This document shows positions 62,008 through 64,000 of a DNA stretch of 64,000 nucleotides, piece after piece (positions within the stretch are counted from its first letter, which is position 1; the number at the start of each line of letters is the position of its first letter). Made by a program: the position numbers and the translations under genes. The stretch comes from Elusimicrobiales bacterium (GTDB lineage Bacteria; Elusimicrobiota; Elusimicrobia; Elusimicrobiales; UBA9959). The notes under the pieces are model-generated. The model made no database searches. It saw nothing but the letters and a program-made list of their open reading frames with translations, and was not told the DNA's origin. The DNA lies in assembly GCA_031082205.1 (NCBI GenBank), contig JAVHLJ010000005.1, forward strand, positions 10,269 through 74,268, given 5' to 3'.

Positions 62008-63557
62008 CGGGCCTCCCTGATCCAGCGGGCCAGCTTCTCCAGGGTCGCGGCGTGCTTCTGGACGAACTTCTCCAGCGGCACGGGGGAGCGGAAAGACCAG
62101 TTATGCGGCCCCAGAGTATTCGGGGTGTTTATCCGGTCCTTGGTCCCGAAGATATCGGGGAAGGTCAGCAGCACCACGCGGGAGCCGGAACTTACGGCTT
62201 TCTCGGTTATCCGGTCCAGAGCTTTGGCGAAGGCCGGGGGGCGGTTCTCGCCGGCGACCATCTCCCAGAACTTCTTCTTCTCGGCGTAGGCGACGGAGGC
62301 CCACCACTCGGCCAGCGTCTCGGTGTCGTGGGTGGAGGTGGTGGCCAGCGAGACGGCCGGGTAATCGGCCGGGTCGATGTAGGTCCCGTCCTCTTTCGTT
62401 TCCCAGCGCATGACCTTGTAGCCGGGCACTCCCTGCTCGGCCAGCACCTTGCGCACGAAGGGGGGGATGAGGCCCAGGTCCTCGCCTATCGGCAGCATCG
62501 GCGACGAGGCGACCAGCGCCTTGAGGAAGCGGCGGCCCCTGTCCTCCTGGTTCTCCTCTCCCTCCACGTCGAAATGGGGTTTGAGCTTCTTGTCCTCGGG
62601 CACTATCCAGGTGCGGAAGAAGCCGACCATGTGGTCGATGCGGTAGATGTCGTAGAGGTCCTCGGAACTTTTGAGCTTGAGGCGCCACCACTCGAAGTTG
62701 TTCTTCTCCGTCTCCTCCCAGCGGTAGGCGGGCAGGCCCCATTTCTGGCCCTCGGGCGTGAAGGCGTCGGGCGGGGCGCCTATCGAGTTGCTGATGTCGA
62801 ACTCGTTCTGCCGGGACCAGACGTCGGCCGCCTCCTGGTTGACCATGAAAGGCAGGTCGCCGAAGAGCTTTATGCCCAGCTCGCCGGCGCGCCAGCGCAT
62901 CGGCGCCCACTGGCGGCGGATGAGCCACTGCAGGTACTTGAAATAGTTGATCTCGAGCGCGTTCTCCGCGCGCGCTTTTTCCAGGGCTTCGGGCCGCCTC
63001 TCGCCCAGCGCCTGGTCCCAGTGGGTCCACGAGATCCAGCGGTTGACGTCCTTGAGGCGCCGGAACAGGGCGTAGTCCTCGAGCCAGTAGGCGTTCTTCT
63101 CGCAGAAGGCGAGGAAATCCTTCCCTTCCTTCGTGCCCCGCTTTATATGGTTGCGGTCGAAGGCGGCGTAGATCTTCCAGAGCGTCTCGTGCTTGAGCCC
63201 GCGTATGTCGTCGTAGAGTATGGTCTTCGCCGAGCGGACATGGTGCAGGCGCTCCCTGAACTCCTTCGAGGCCAGGAATTCCAGGGCCTCGGGGGACTCT
63301 TTGAGCTCCTCGACGGCTTCCGGGTCTATGTATACCGGGTCTATGGCGAAGGCGCTCAGCGCCGTGTAGGGGCAGTTGACGCCCGGCGGCATCTCGTTTA
63401 TCGGCAGTATCTGCAGTATGTCCAGCTCGGCGGCCTTGAGCACCTCCAGCCAGCCGTGCATGGAAGTGATGTCGCCTATTCCCCAGTCGCGCTCGGAGCG
63501 CATCGAGAAGATGGGCAGCAGTATGCCTACGTGTTTGCGTTTGAGTATCTTGTGCAT
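62004..63557 (-). CDS. malQ: 4-alpha-glucanotransferase (amylomaltase, GH77)
   Basis: GILLPIFSMRS..DWGIGD N-terminus and full-length GH77 resemblance. 517 aa. Confidence 0.9.
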   Translation of the reverse strand: MHKILKRKHVGILLPIFSMRSERDWGIGDITSMHGWLEVLKAAELDILQILPINEMPPGVNCPYTALSAFAIDPVYIDPEAVEELKESPEALEFLASKEFRERLHHVRSAKTILYDDIRGLKHETLWKIYAAFDRNHIKRGTKEGKDFLAFCEKNAYWLEDYALFRRLKDVNRWISWTHWDQALGERRPEALEKARAENALEINYFKYLQWLIRRQWAPMRWRAGELGIKLFGDLPFMVNQEAADVWSRQNEFDISNSIGAPPDAFTPEGQKWGLPAYRWEETEKNNFEWWRLKLKSSEDLYDIYRIDHMVGFFRTWIVPEDKKLKPHFDVEGEENQEDRGRRFLKALVASSPMLPIGEDLGLIPPFVRKVLAEQGVPGYKVMRWETKEDGTYIDPADYPAVSLATTSTHDTETLAEWWASVAYAEKKKFWEMVAGENRPPAFAKALDRITEKAVSSGSRVVLLTFPDIFGTKDRINTPNTLGPHNWSFRSPVPLEKFVQKHAATLEKLARWIREAR

Positions 63558-63578
63558 GTGGACCCGCCGGGCGTATTT

Positions 63579-63956
63579 TTATTTTTCGGCTATGGCCTCT
63601 ATCTCGACCAGGGCGCCCTTGGGCAGCGCCTTGACCTCGACCGTGGCCCTGGCCGGGGGATGTTTCTGGAAATATTTGGCGTAGACCTCGTTCATGGCCT
63701 GGAACTGGCCGAGGTCGGTCATGTAGACCGTGGTCTTGATGATATTGTCGAGCGGCAGGCCCTTGGCCGCCATGATGCCGAGTATGTTCCTGAGCACGGC
63801 TTCGGTCTGCGCCTTGACGTCGGGCGGCGCCATCTGCCCCGTCCTGGCGTCCACGGGCAGCTGGCCGGATATGAAGATGAGGCTGCCGGTCTCCACGGCC
63901 TGGGAATACGGCCCTATGGCGGCCGGCGCCTTGTCGGTGACTATTATCTCTTTCAT
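63579..63956 (-). CDS. ridA: RidA/YjgF-family enamine/imine deaminase
   Basis: APAAIGPYSQA...GQLP...ARATVEV pattern. 125 aa. Confidence 0.9.
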   Translation of the reverse strand: MKEIIVTDKAPAAIGPYSQAVETGSLIFISGQLPVDARTGQMAPPDVKAQTEAVLRNILGIMAAKGLPLDNIIKTTVYMTDLGQFQAMNEVYAKYFQKHPPARATVEVKALPKGALVEIEAIAEK

Positions 63957-64000
63957 TTTCCCTCCTGTCTCAGCCCTTCCTGTCCCTTATGAAAGCGGCT

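Noticed and set aside
63957-64000. Possible 3' end of another minus-strand gene at the window edge (stop near 63970)
   Set aside because: Only about 10 codons are visible, which cannot support a call.
1-64000. Search for tRNA, rRNA, CRISPR arrays, IS elements and tandem repeats
   Set aside because: All intergenic spaces are 125 bp or less, and none shows cloverleaf-type structure, repeat-spacer periodicity or terminal inverted repeats. No transposase-like ORF was recognised.

Overview
GC-rich (by eye about two-thirds G+C, not computed), very gene-dense bacterial chromosomal window. The largest intergenic gap is about 125 bp, and many neighbouring genes share ATGA, GTGA or TAATG stop/start overlaps. 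I saw no rRNA, tRNA, CRISPR array, transposase, integrase or phage genes. I call 62 CDS plus a few hairpins and AT-rich promoter islands. The organism looks like a diderm bacterium (LptF/G, TolC-like and beta-barrel OMPs, GT9 heptosyltransferase); the lineage cannot be assigned from sequence alone. Core content: lptF/lptG, tkt, a NUDIX hydrolase, dnaE, a predicted PPi-dependent phosphofructokinase, dapF/dapA plus a DapL-type aminotransferase, malQ, ridA, a CDF metal exporter, a GAF/HD-GYP protein and a glycolate-oxidase-like GlcD-E fusion with GlcF. A tryptophanase/tyrosine phenol-lyase family enzyme is also present. Three regions deserve attention. (1) A roughly 21 kb, tightly coupled envelope glycan or glycolipid locus (16765-37847) carries five divergent B12-binding radical SAM enzymes interleaved with glycosyltransferases and an Arn-like aminosugar module; this is my best candidate for undescribed chemistry. 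The glycosyltransferases are two GT-C (ArnT/PMT-like), two DPM1/ArnC-like GT2, and GT4, GT9 and WecA-like enzymes. (2) A stand-alone Mbh-type split Mrp membrane module (44427-51799) has three MrpD-like subunits, no MrpA, an extra 70-aa 2-TM ORF, and a lateral-helix-like tail on one MrpD paralog. (3) A TatT-associated TRAP transporter operon (58360-62007). Many long ORFs in the six-frame track are antisense or out-of-frame artefacts of the high GC content and were rejected.
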